Origin: Pseudomonadota bacterium
Lineage (GTDB): Bacteria; Pseudomonadota; Gammaproteobacteria; JAKAQQ01
Length of the DNA: 64,000 nt
Assembly (NCBI GenBank): GCA_027338645.1
Contig: DAHWSH010000011.1
Span: 130,546-194,545, forward strand
Direction: 5' to 3'
In this document: positions 9,757 to 19,368 of the stretch, piece by piece
Position numbering within the stretch: the first letter of the stretch is position 1
Layout: every line of letters begins with the position of its first letter
Made by a program: the position numbers and the translations under genes
Notes under the pieces: model-generated
Database searches by the model: none
Told to the model about the DNA's origin: nothing
Seen by the model: only the letters and a program-made list of their open reading frames with translations

Positions 9757-11514
9757 TCATCGAATCAGGAAGTGAGCTGCCATCGGCGCCAGCTGTTCCG
9801 CAATCGGCCCCAGTGCCAGAGCGGGGAAAAAATTGAGCGCACCAAACAGAAGAACCACCCCCACCAGCAAGCTGATAAAAATAGGAGTGTGGGTCACGAG
9901 GGTCCCTGAACCCACCGGCACTTTCTGCTTTTTAGCCAGGGAGCCAGCCATCGCCAGCAGGGGTAGGTAGGACCAATATCGCCCGATCAGCATGCAAAAA
10001 CCGGTGAGCAGATTATAGAACCGCGTATCATTGCTGAGACCACCGAAGGCACTGCCATTATTGTTGGCTGGACTGGTAATCGCGTACAGCACTTCACTAA
10101 ATCCATGGGCCCCCGGATTGAGCACTCCGGCGCGACCCGCTGCCGTAGCCACGGCAATTGCGGTTCCAACCAGAACCAAAAGCGGCATGACCAGAATCGA
10201 CAATGAGGCCATCTTGGTTTCGAAGGACTCGATTTTTTTACCGAGGAATTCCGGTGTTCGTCCCACCATCAACCCACCCAGAAAAACCGCGAAAATCATG
10301 AAAGCCAACATGGTCGCAAGTCCAGTTCCGACGCCACCGAAAACCGTCTCTCCCATTTGCATGAAGAAAAGGTTGATTCCACCGGACAACGGCATCAGGG
10401 AGTCATAGGCAGAGTTGGCAGCCCCTGTAGACGTTGCGGTTGCAATGCTTGCAAACAGAGCGGACCCACCGGCTCCGAAGCGATCCTCCACACCCTCCAG
10501 GTTTCCTCCTCCGGCCAGGGACGGGCGATTCGCTTGCGAAACATGCAAGGCAGCCAGTCGCGGATTGCCGGCGAGTTCAAAATGCTCACTGGTCAGGGTC
10601 AGGGGGACAAATAAAACCAGCATGGCTACGAGAATGGCCCAGGCGGTGCGTCGCGACTTGACCATGTAACCGAACAGAAAAATCAGTCCCGTTGGAATCA
10701 GGATCATGGCCACCATTTGCAGTAAGTTGGTGAGCGCCGTTGGGTTTTCAAACGGATGAGCGGCATTGGCGTTAAAAAATCCGCCCCCGTTGTTCCCGAG
10801 CATCATGATTGCTTCCTGAGAGGCCACTGGTCCCAGCGCAATCACCTGATGAAAAATCTTCCGTCCGTGCCAGTCAAAAGGATCAATCAAGTGAGCATGA
10901 ATGTAAGGTGCCAGTGTCTGCACAACACCCTGTCCCATGAGAATGAGTCCCAATAAGACGGATAACGGCATGAGCACGTAGAGTATGGTGCGGGTCAGGT
11001 CCACCCAGAAATTCCCCAACCGATCTGTTTTCTCACGGGCCAGACCCCGGATGATGGGTAAAACCAAGGTGATTCCTACTGCCGCTGATAAAAAGTTCTG
11101 AACGGTCAAGCCCATCATCTGGGCGAGATACCCTAAAGTGGATTCTCCGGCGTAATCCTGCCAGTTGGTATTGGTCAAAAAACTGACAGCCGTATTGAAA
11201 GCAGATCCCGTCGGTAGCCCCTGGAAGTGCTCTGGATTCAACGGAAGAAAGCCCTGCACGAGGAGCAAGCCATACAGGAAAAGCCCGCCTAGAAAGTTGA
11301 ACATCAGGAGGGTAATGGCATAACGCTTCCAGTCCATTTCCTCTGTCTGACAAATTCCAGCCGCCTTGTACAGGAGATTTTCAACTGGACCCAGTATTTG
11401 CCTGGCCCAAAACAGCTCGTCAGAATAAACCCGGTGCAGGTAACGCCCCAGTGGCATAGCCAGCGCAATGGTGATGACCAGCACCATTACGGTCAGTACA
11501 ATAGCATGCATCAT
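9757..11514 (-). CDS. kdpA: Potassium-transporting ATPase subunit KdpA
   Basis: 585 aa polytopic membrane protein with KdpA selectivity-filter-like repeats (NTNWQ, LGNNGGGF, NNGSAFGG). Confidence 0.95.
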   Translation of the reverse strand: MMHAIVLTVMVLVITIALAMPLGRYLHRVYSDELFWARQILGPVENLLYKAAGICQTEEMDWKRYAITLLMFNFLGGLFLYGLLLVQGFLPLNPEHFQGLPTGSAFNTAVSFLTNTNWQDYAGESTLGYLAQMMGLTVQNFLSAAVGITLVLPIIRGLAREKTDRLGNFWVDLTRTILYVLMPLSVLLGLILMGQGVVQTLAPYIHAHLIDPFDWHGRKIFHQVIALGPVASQEAIMMLGNNGGGFFNANAAHPFENPTALTNLLQMVAMILIPTGLIFLFGYMVKSRRTAWAILVAMLVLFVPLTLTSEHFELAGNPRLAALHVSQANRPSLAGGGNLEGVEDRFGAGGSALFASIATATSTGAANSAYDSLMPLSGGINLFFMQMGETVFGGVGTGLATMLAFMIFAVFLGGLMVGRTPEFLGKKIESFETKMASLSILVMPLLVLVGTAIAVATAAGRAGVLNPGAHGFSEVLYAITSPANNNGSAFGGLSNDTRFYNLLTGFCMLIGRYWSYLPLLAMAGSLAKKQKVPVGSGTLVTHTPIFISLLVGVVLLFGALNFFPALALGPIAEQLAPMAAHFLIR

Positions 11515-11603
11515 AGAAAACGCTCCGGATCAATCAGGAAAACCAGAAGGTAAATGCACAGTCCAATGCCAATGACCAAGCTGATCCAGGCAAAGAGCCT
11601 CAT
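11511..11603 (-). CDS. kdpF: KdpF small subunit
   Basis: 30-aa hydrophobic peptide MRLFAWISLVIGIGLCIYLLVFLIDPERFL at the C-terminal end of the track ORF 11511..11849. GGAGAAGG Shine-Dalgarno site precedes the ATG, and the stop overlaps the kdpA start. Confidence 0.6.
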   Translation of the reverse strand: MRLFAWISLVIGIGLCIYLLVFLIDPERFL

Positions 11604-11768
11604 TTCCTTCTCCTCAATTGATCCAACATCTGGACAATGACGACAGATATGGAGAAAAAACCTAACAAAACGCCGAGATAGACGGTACCCATGGTTTACG
11701 GGTGACTCCTGCGCGACCCCAATTCCCATGCGAAATAAGAGGGCGCGAATTGATGTAGTAGATGAGTC

Positions 11769-11802
11769 ATTCTGATCAGAATAAGACCTGACATGGATGT
11801 CA
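11769..11802. promoter_or_regulatory. Two adjacent perfect palindromes in the kdp leader (ATTCTGATCAGAAT 11769..11782; TGACATGGATGTCA 11789..11802)
   Basis: Read directly from the sequence, about 170-200 bp upstream of the kdpF start in a roughly 530-bp non-coding leader (11604..12136). Candidate transcription-factor operator sites. Confidence 0.3.
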
Positions 11803-12136
11803 TCCCATACCGGACAGGGCGCCAATATAAACCTGAGGCCTCCATGCAAGATGCAAAAAAAAACCAGACTGGCGTAAAAATTTCATAAGGACGGCAGATC
11901 AAGTAGATCCTTCCGCGATTGTGATTTGACAAAGCGATCCTGTAACGCTAGGCGATATCATATTTTCCGGGTGCCCATGAGCACCGGTGGGGGTTGGCTG
12001 CCCAGGTCGTCGATCTCAGCTTGTAAAACCTCTTACAGGTCAGAACAATGCGGGCCCTGATGGCGACAAAGAACCCCCGCCAATCCGCCACCTTTCGTGA
12101 AAGTCATTGTGTCTTCTCTAACCAGTCTCCCTCATC

Positions 12137-12943
12137 GTGGATTGGGAGAACTCGGTGTCAACCGTGGTGTATCATGACCCGGATACTTATTCGGGTGTTT
12201 TGCCGGGAGGAGCCGTGGAATCGCAGGATCCGGCCTGGGTTACCATCTTGTCTGATGTGCGCAAGCTTTGCGAAGATTATCCAAACGGTATTGTTGTCAT
12301 TGGCGGGGCTGCCATATGGCTTCACACCCGAAGCTGCCTCGATCAACAGTTTTTGCAAACCAGTCATGATGCGGACTTCTACATGGGGCTTCAGGACTTC
12401 GCAAGTCTAAGGGATATGCAGGAGGTGGTCCGGAACAGAAGACTGGGTAAATATCAGATGATCAGAAATGACGTTGATTTTGACATCTACGTTGAAAGAA
12501 ACAATGACCTAGTGATTTCATACGAAGATGCTCAGAGGTTCTCCGAGTCTATCGATGGAATTCGCTGTGCCTGCAAAGAACATTTATTGATTCTCAAGTT
12601 GCGTGCATTTGAGGACCGCATGGGCTCTGCAAAGGGAAGCAAAGATGCCAAGGATATTGCCAGATTGCTCGTTCTTTTAGCGGAGCAACCTGGAAGAAAA
12701 GCACAATCGCTTTCCCTACTACGAGACGAAGATCTGGCTTTCATGAAAAAAATAGTGGACAATCCCAATGTATTCCAAGACATCGTACAAAAGAATGCCC
12801 ACTGGGCAAAACAGCTGAGGGCGTTAGCCACCAGAGGTCTTGATTATGTTACGTCCACCCATGAACATCAGAATACCTTATCCGATCGTACTCCGAGACC
12901 CATTTCCAAACGGTCGAACGATGGACCTGAGTTCGGTGGCTGA
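12137..12943 (+). CDS. Putative nucleotidyltransferase-fold protein, AbiEii/DUF1814-like (abortive-infection/toxin family)
   Basis: 268 aa. Pol-beta-type NTase motifs: hGG (VVIGGAAIWLH, residues 54-63), acidic pair SHDADFYM (76-83), third acidic DVDFDIYVE (112-120), then an alpha-helical C-terminal half. GGxA...S(E/H)D(I/A)DF resembles the AbiEii signature. Low-GC codon usage. Confidence 0.4.
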   Translation: MDWENSVSTVVYHDPDTYSGVLPGGAVESQDPAWVTILSDVRKLCEDYPNGIVVIGGAAIWLHTRSCLDQQFLQTSHDADFYMGLQDFASLRDMQEVVRNRRLGKYQMIRNDVDFDIYVERNNDLVISYEDAQRFSESIDGIRCACKEHLLILKLRAFEDRMGSAKGSKDAKDIARLLVLLAEQPGRKAQSLSLLRDEDLAFMKKIVDNPNVFQDIVQKNAHWAKQLRALATRGLDYVTSTHEHQNTLSDRTPRPISKRSNDGPEFGG

Positions 12944-13262
12944 TCTTTGTCAGGCCGCCAAGGTTCGTCTCCGCGTCGTGGATCCGGAAGTCCATCGACC
13001 CAGAATCCTGGTAGACGACAAACTGCCCACGGCCAAATCGTGGGACGAAAGAGACAGACCCATTTGTATTATTGCCCAATCAGACTTGCCAGGAGACTTT
13101 CTGGAACTGCGTGTCTTGGAGATACTCGCTTACGGATTTTTCGACTACGATGCTCGAGAATGCCTCTGTTTCCAGAACTATTTCGACCGCAGTAGCAGCC
13201 TTGAGAGTTATGAATCCATACATTCCGGCGTTCTGCCACCCATGTCTGCTCCTTTATTCTGA
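12918..13262 (+). CDS. Hypothetical protein downstream of the NTase gene (start uncertain; track ORF 12840..13262)
   Basis: 114-140 aa ORF in the islet, overlapping the NTase 3' end. No recognisable motif (no HEPN Rx4-6H, no HTH). Could be a partner or a spurious ORF. Confidence 0.25.
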   Translation, partial: TMDLSSVADLCQAAKVRLRVVDPEVHRPRILVDDKLPTAKSWDERDRPICIIAQSDLPGDFLELRVLEILAYGFFDYDARECLCFQNYFDRSSSLESYESIHSGVLPPMSAPLF

Positions 13263-13381
13263 CCGCATTGTTTTTATAGCATTTTAGTCCAAGAGGAATC
13301 GGGTGTGCGTTTAGAGGTAAAGCAATGTGAGTAGTGTGCCATAGTCCTCGCACACCACAATTCGGAAAGGCACAAAAGAAT

Positions 13382-15232
13382 CTACTCGACCGTGACCGAC
13401 TTAGCCAAGTTACGTGGCTGATCGACATCATGTTTGCGCAGGACGGCTACATGGTAAGCCAGTAACTGTAGGGGTAGTGTATAGACAATCGGGGACAAAA
13501 ACTCGCTCGGGACCTCAGGAAGTCGAAGTGCGTGGACATTCTCACCCGCTGGAAGTTCTACTCCGGGATCCGCCACCAGGAACAGGTGGCCATCGCGCGC
13601 CCGTATGACCTCAAGATTGGACTTGAGCTTATCCGTTAGAACGTTGTCCGGCACAAGACTGATGACCGCCATCCTTGAGTCGACCAAGGCCAGCGGGCCG
13701 TGTTTCAGTTCACCCGCAGGATAGCTCTCTGCCTGGATATAGGCAATTTCCTTGAGCTTGAGCGCCCCTTCCCGTGCAATCGGATCATGCATGTCACGGG
13801 CGACATATAGGGCATGATCATATCGGGTCAGCAACTGGGCCCACTCCTGGATCGCGGGATCGAGCCCGAGCAGCTTTTCCAAAAGGCCGGGGAGATGCCT
13901 CAACTCCCTCACAGCCCGTAGCTCCATCTCCACCTCCAAAAGACCCTTTGACTTGGCGAGTCCCAAACTCAGCCAAAAAAGCAAAGTAAGCTGGGTCATA
14001 AAAGCCTTGGTAGACGCCACGCCAATCTCAGGGCCTGCCCGTGTCAGGAGACCGAGCTCGGCTTCGCGCATCATGGCGCTCTCAGCAACATTACAGAGTG
14101 CCAGGCGGCCGAGATACGGGAGAGTCTTGGCCCGGCGGAAAGCCGCAAGCGTATCCGCTGTCTCTCCGGATTGTGAAATTCCCACGAGGAGCGTGTTTTC
14201 TGGCAGACAGAGCGGACGATACCGGTATTCGCTTGCAATCTCGACGGAAACTGGAATCTGGGCCAGTCTCTCAATCCAGTGGCGAGCTACAAGCCCGGCG
14301 TGATAACTAGAACCGCAGGCAACAATGTGGATGGCTTTCACTTTTGGCAGGATTTCACGCGTTTGGTACCCCAAGGCAGATTCCAAAATATGTTCGCCGG
14401 AAATCCTCTGTTCAAGGGTTTCGACGACCGCACGTGGCTGCTCATGAATTTCCTTCAACATGAAATGGCGAAAGGTTCCTCGTTCAGCTGCATCGGGCGC
14501 TAATGAGACCCGTGTAGGATGGCGCACGACCCGTGTTCCGATTTCCGACCAAATCTGACACGGTGGTTGACCACCATTCGGGATCCGCAGCTCAGAAACC
14601 TCATGGTCTTCAAGAAAAAGGAAGTCTTGCGTCAGAGGTAACAAGGCGGTCACATCGGATGCAACAAAGGTCGCCTCCTTCCCAAACCCAATGACCATGG
14701 GGCAGCCCATCCGCAATGCGACGAGCACATCCGGTGACCCTTCATCCAGAACCAAAAGCGCGTACGCCCCTCTCAGGCGACGCTGGACTTCAATCATTGC
14801 GGATCGAAGATCAGGATATTCTTTCCGAACTGCGTGAATGAGATGAACCACTGTCTCGGTATCGGTATCGGATTCGAAACAGTAACCCTGGGACTTGAGC
14901 TGCTGCTTCAGCGATTCGTGATTTTCGATAATGCCATTATGGACGAGTGCGATCCCCTGAGAACGGTGAGGATGCGCGTTGGCTTCTGAGGGTGCTCCAT
15001 GAGTGGCCCATCGGGTATGGGCAATCCCCACCGGGCCAGAGCAGGGATGCTGCTTGATCTCTTCTGCCAAGAGGGCCACTTTCCCTTGCCGGCGTCGGCG
15101 GACGAGTTGGTGCTTCCCATCCAGTACGGCAAGGCCAGCGGAGTCGTACCCGCGGTATTCCAACCGCTTTAACCCTTGCAGAAGGATTGGGACGACATCA
15201 TCCGTGGAAATGGCTCCGATAATGCCACACAT
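13382..15232 (-). CDS. glmS: Glutamine--fructose-6-phosphate aminotransferase
   Basis: 616 aa; N-terminal MCGIIGAI (Cys1 amidotransferase), tandem SIS domains, C-terminal ...VTVE. Confidence 0.97.
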   Translation of the reverse strand: MCGIIGAISTDDVVPILLQGLKRLEYRGYDSAGLAVLDGKHQLVRRRRQGKVALLAEEIKQHPCSGPVGIAHTRWATHGAPSEANAHPHRSQGIALVHNGIIENHESLKQQLKSQGYCFESDTDTETVVHLIHAVRKEYPDLRSAMIEVQRRLRGAYALLVLDEGSPDVLVALRMGCPMVIGFGKEATFVASDVTALLPLTQDFLFLEDHEVSELRIPNGGQPPCQIWSEIGTRVVRHPTRVSLAPDAAERGTFRHFMLKEIHEQPRAVVETLEQRISGEHILESALGYQTREILPKVKAIHIVACGSSYHAGLVARHWIERLAQIPVSVEIASEYRYRPLCLPENTLLVGISQSGETADTLAAFRRAKTLPYLGRLALCNVAESAMMREAELGLLTRAGPEIGVASTKAFMTQLTLLFWLSLGLAKSKGLLEVEMELRAVRELRHLPGLLEKLLGLDPAIQEWAQLLTRYDHALYVARDMHDPIAREGALKLKEIAYIQAESYPAGELKHGPLALVDSRMAVISLVPDNVLTDKLKSNLEVIRARDGHLFLVADPGVELPAGENVHALRLPEVPSEFLSPIVYTLPLQLLAYHVAVLRKHDVDQPRNLAKSVTVE

Positions 15233-15234
15233 GA

Positions 15235-16620
15235 TTAGGACTTCTTCTTCACCGGCCGTTTCCAGTGAGGGATGCTTTTCTGGTCGTTTCGGGACAAAGT
15301 CAGCTGGTCGGGTGGCGTATCCCTGACGATGGTCGAACCGGCAGCAATGAAGGAGCCACGCCCGATCCGCACCGGCGCAATCAATTGGCTATCACAACCG
15401 ACGAAAACACCATCTTCAATAACCGTGACGTGCTTTTCCGCCCCATCGTAGTTAACGGTGATAACTCCTGCACCCAGATTGACATCATCCCCAATCTCGG
15501 CATCGCCGACGTAGGCCAAATGGTTCGCCTTGCTGCGATCCCCGAGTCGGCTGTTTTTGACCTCCACGAAGTTACCGATCCGGGCATGATGATGTAGACG
15601 GGTTGACGGACGAATGCGCGCAAAAGGACCGATCCGGACATGGTTCCCGGTTTCAACTCCCTCGAGAAAACAGTGGGAAAATACCTCTGTTCCCTCTCCC
15701 AGACTCACATCACGCAGAACCGAATAGGGGCCTACCCGCACTCCCCGACCCAAGCGGATCCGGCCTTCGAGAATCACACCGATATCAATTTCGACATCAG
15801 TGTCGGCTTCAACCCAGCCCCGTAGATCAAAACGTGCAGGATCTCGGATCCGGACGCCCTGACGCATGAGTGACTCGGTCTGCCGAGCCTGCAGGACTCG
15901 TTCTGCAGCCGCGAGATCGAATGCCGAGTTCACACCTTGGGCTTTCTTTGGATTTTGGAGCAGACGGTTATGAACCGGTATCCCGGCCTGGAGTGCTTCC
16001 TCGACCAGGTCCGTCAGATAAAACTCACCCTGGGCATTTCGCCTCCCAATCCGCGGCAGCAACAAAGTCAGAAGATGCCGGGAACAAGCAAGAATCCCGG
16101 TGTTGACCTCGTGGATCAAGCGCATCGCATCATCGGGAAGATCGGCCTCTTCGACAATGCGGCAGATTTGTCCCTGCGTATCACGGACGATCCGTCCATA
16201 TCCAGCCGGATCCGTTCTTTCTGTCGTCAGGAGTGCCAGGGTGGACGGATTTGCCACTTCGAGCAGAACCCCAAGGTCTCCTGGCTCGAGAAGAGGAACA
16301 TCTCCGTACAGCACAAGCACGGTGGGGTCATCGGCCACATCCGCTATGGCTACTCCCACGGCATGTGCCGTACCGAGCGGTTCCGGCTGTTCCACAAAAC
16401 GGATCCCACTTTCACTGAAGCGAGAACGGATCTCTTCCCCACCGATTCCTGTCACAACCCGGATCTCATCTGGACCGAGTGACCGTGCGGTCTCGAGGAC
16501 CCACTCTAAGAGGGGGCGACCTGCCAGTTCATGAAGTACCTTGGGACGAGATGACCGCATTCGAGTCCCGGCTCCTGCAGCCAAGACCACGACTAGGAGC
16601 CGACCTAGCCCGGCCTTCAC
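15235..16620 (-). CDS. glmU: Bifunctional N-acetylglucosamine-1-phosphate uridyltransferase / glucosamine-1-phosphate acetyltransferase
   Basis: 461 aa; N-terminal LAAGAGTRM nucleotidyltransferase motif, C-terminal left-handed beta-helix hexapeptide repeats. GTG start. Confidence 0.95.
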   Translation of the reverse strand: MKAGLGRLLVVVLAAGAGTRMRSSRPKVLHELAGRPLLEWVLETARSLGPDEIRVVTGIGGEEIRSRFSESGIRFVEQPEPLGTAHAVGVAIADVADDPTVLVLYGDVPLLEPGDLGVLLEVANPSTLALLTTERTDPAGYGRIVRDTQGQICRIVEEADLPDDAMRLIHEVNTGILACSRHLLTLLLPRIGRRNAQGEFYLTDLVEEALQAGIPVHNRLLQNPKKAQGVNSAFDLAAAERVLQARQTESLMRQGVRIRDPARFDLRGWVEADTDVEIDIGVILEGRIRLGRGVRVGPYSVLRDVSLGEGTEVFSHCFLEGVETGNHVRIGPFARIRPSTRLHHHARIGNFVEVKNSRLGDRSKANHLAYVGDAEIGDDVNLGAGVITVNYDGAEKHVTVIEDGVFVGCDSQLIAPVRIGRGSFIAAGSTIVRDTPPDQLTLSRNDQKSIPHWKRPVKKKS

Positions 16621-16669
16621 GGCCGTGGGTGGGCTTTTGCAGGAAGCACAGATCGTCCCAAACCCCTGT

Positions 16670-17095
16670 TCACCGAAGCTGTCCCCGCTTCCTCAGGCGG
16701 TCAAGAACCCTCAACCTTTCGGTCATTTCGGCCAGTTCGGCTTCAGCCCGGGCCACATCGACAGACTCCGCGCTAGAAGCGAGAAAGGCTTCGGCTGCCT
16801 GCTTGGCTTCACGGGTCTTGGCCTCATCAATTTCATCCGTGCGCATGGAACTATTCGCCAGAACCATGACTTGGTGGGGCTGGACCTCGAGCAGACCGCC
16901 GGACACGAACAGAGAGAGGGTTTCCGTTGGGGTTTGGATCCGCAACTCGCCGGCCCTGAGGCGAGTCAGTAGGGGAGCATGACGTGGCGTAATACCGACC
17001 TCACCAAGTTCAGCCGGTGCAAAAACCATCTCGGCCTCCCCGGAGTAAATCGGGGATTCGAGGCTGACCACATCTACCCGCATTACCATACTCAT
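16670..17095 (-). CDS. atpC: ATP synthase F1 epsilon subunit
   Basis: 141 aa, last gene of the atp operon. Confidence 0.9.
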   Translation of the reverse strand: MSMVMRVDVVSLESPIYSGEAEMVFAPAELGEVGITPRHAPLLTRLRAGELRIQTPTETLSLFVSGGLLEVQPHQVMVLANSSMRTDEIDEAKTREAKQAAEAFLASSAESVDVARAEAELAEMTERLRVLDRLRKRGQLR

Positions 17096-17101
17096 ACGAG
17101 T

Positions 17102-18487
<1,386 letters not shown>

Positions 18488-18502
18488 TCACGTATGTAGT
18501 CG

Positions 18503-19366
18503 CTAGACAGCGGCAGCCCCGCCGACAATTTCGGCGATTTCACGGGTGATGGCCGCCTGACGAGCCTTGTTGTAGGCCAATTTCAGGGTTTCAATCAGGG
18601 TACTTGCATTTTCCGAAGCATTCTTCATGGCCACCATGCGGGCTGCCTGCTCGGAAGCAATGTTCTCAAGAAGTCCTTGGTAGGTTTCCGCCTCGAGATA
18701 ACGGGTCAACCACGTATCAACGAGATCCATGCTGTCGGGTTCATAAAGATAATCCCAATGGTCGGCCAGTTCGGAATCCCGCTGGGCCGGTATCGGCAGA
18801 AGAGTCACCAGGTGGGGCTTTTGGATCATCGTATTCTGGAAGTAGTTGAACGCCAGAACCAGGCGGTCAATATGACCCTGGCGGTAATCCTCGAGCAATG
18901 CACGCAGAGGGCCGATCACATTTTCCGCCGCAGGACGATCACCGACGTGCGTGAGTGACGCCACGAGGGTGGCATCCAGACGCCTCAGTCCGGTCAATGC
19001 CTTTTGACCGATCGCCGCAAAACGGACGGCGGTGCCCTGATTTTCAAGGACTCTGACCTCGTTCCAGACAGAGCGAATCAGGTTGATGTTGAGTCCTCCG
19101 CAGAGTCCCCGATCACTACCAATCACAAGAAAACCGACTCCACGTACCGTATTTCTCGGGAGCAGAAAAGGATGTGGAAACTCGGGGCGGAGAACGGCCA
19201 AGTGCCCGGTTACTTTGCGGATCCGCTCGAGGTAGGGACGACTGGCCTGCATCCGGACCTGGACTCGCCGGATCTTGCTCGCAGCGACCATTTCCATCGC
19301 CCGTGTGATCTTGCGGGTGCTTTCGATACTGCGAATCTGCGTCCGAATTTCTTTGGTGCCGGCCAT
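18503..19366 (-). CDS. atpG: ATP synthase F1 gamma subunit
   Basis: 287 aa; MAGTKEIRTQIRSIESTRKITRAMEMVAASK N-terminus typical of gamma. Confidence 0.95.
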   Translation of the reverse strand: MAGTKEIRTQIRSIESTRKITRAMEMVAASKIRRVQVRMQASRPYLERIRKVTGHLAVLRPEFPHPFLLPRNTVRGVGFLVIGSDRGLCGGLNINLIRSVWNEVRVLENQGTAVRFAAIGQKALTGLRRLDATLVASLTHVGDRPAAENVIGPLRALLEDYRQGHIDRLVLAFNYFQNTMIQKPHLVTLLPIPAQRDSELADHWDYLYEPDSMDLVDTWLTRYLEAETYQGLLENIASEQAARMVAMKNASENASTLIETLKLAYNKARQAAITREIAEIVGGAAAV

Positions 19367-19368
19367 CG

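Larger units (their letters stand above)
11850..13381. other. Low-GC islet inserted immediately downstream of the glmS 3' end (attTn7-equivalent position)
   Basis: Local GC is visibly lower (high-40s %, AAA/GAT/TTT-rich codons) than the roughly 60% flanks. It is bounded by the glmS stop (13382) and the kdp leader, and carries two ORFs with no homologue in the conserved glmS neighbourhood. Confidence 0.45.

Noticed and set aside
11604-11932. Track ORFs 11511..11849 (112 aa) and 11696..11932 (78 aa) on the minus strand upstream of kdpA
   Set aside because: Only the last 30 codons of the first (kdpF) are meaningful. The upstream extensions have no start/Shine-Dalgarno support and sit in the kdp leader; the second has no features of a gene.
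12048-12410. 120-aa ORF upstream of and overlapping the NTase gene, considered as a possible AbiEi-type antitoxin
   Set aside because: It overlaps the NTase ORF in another frame for most of its length, is Cys/Arg/Trp-rich with no HTH, and is far shorter than AbiEi. Most likely spurious.
13069-13431. 120-aa minus-strand ORF overlapping the glmS 3' end and the islet
   Set aside because: It overlaps the glmS coding sequence and the small plus-strand islet ORF, has no motifs, and is probably a frame artefact. The inverted repeat GGGTGTGCG (13291..13299) / CGCACACC (13349..13356) in this stretch was noted but the stem-loop is too long-looped to call a terminator.
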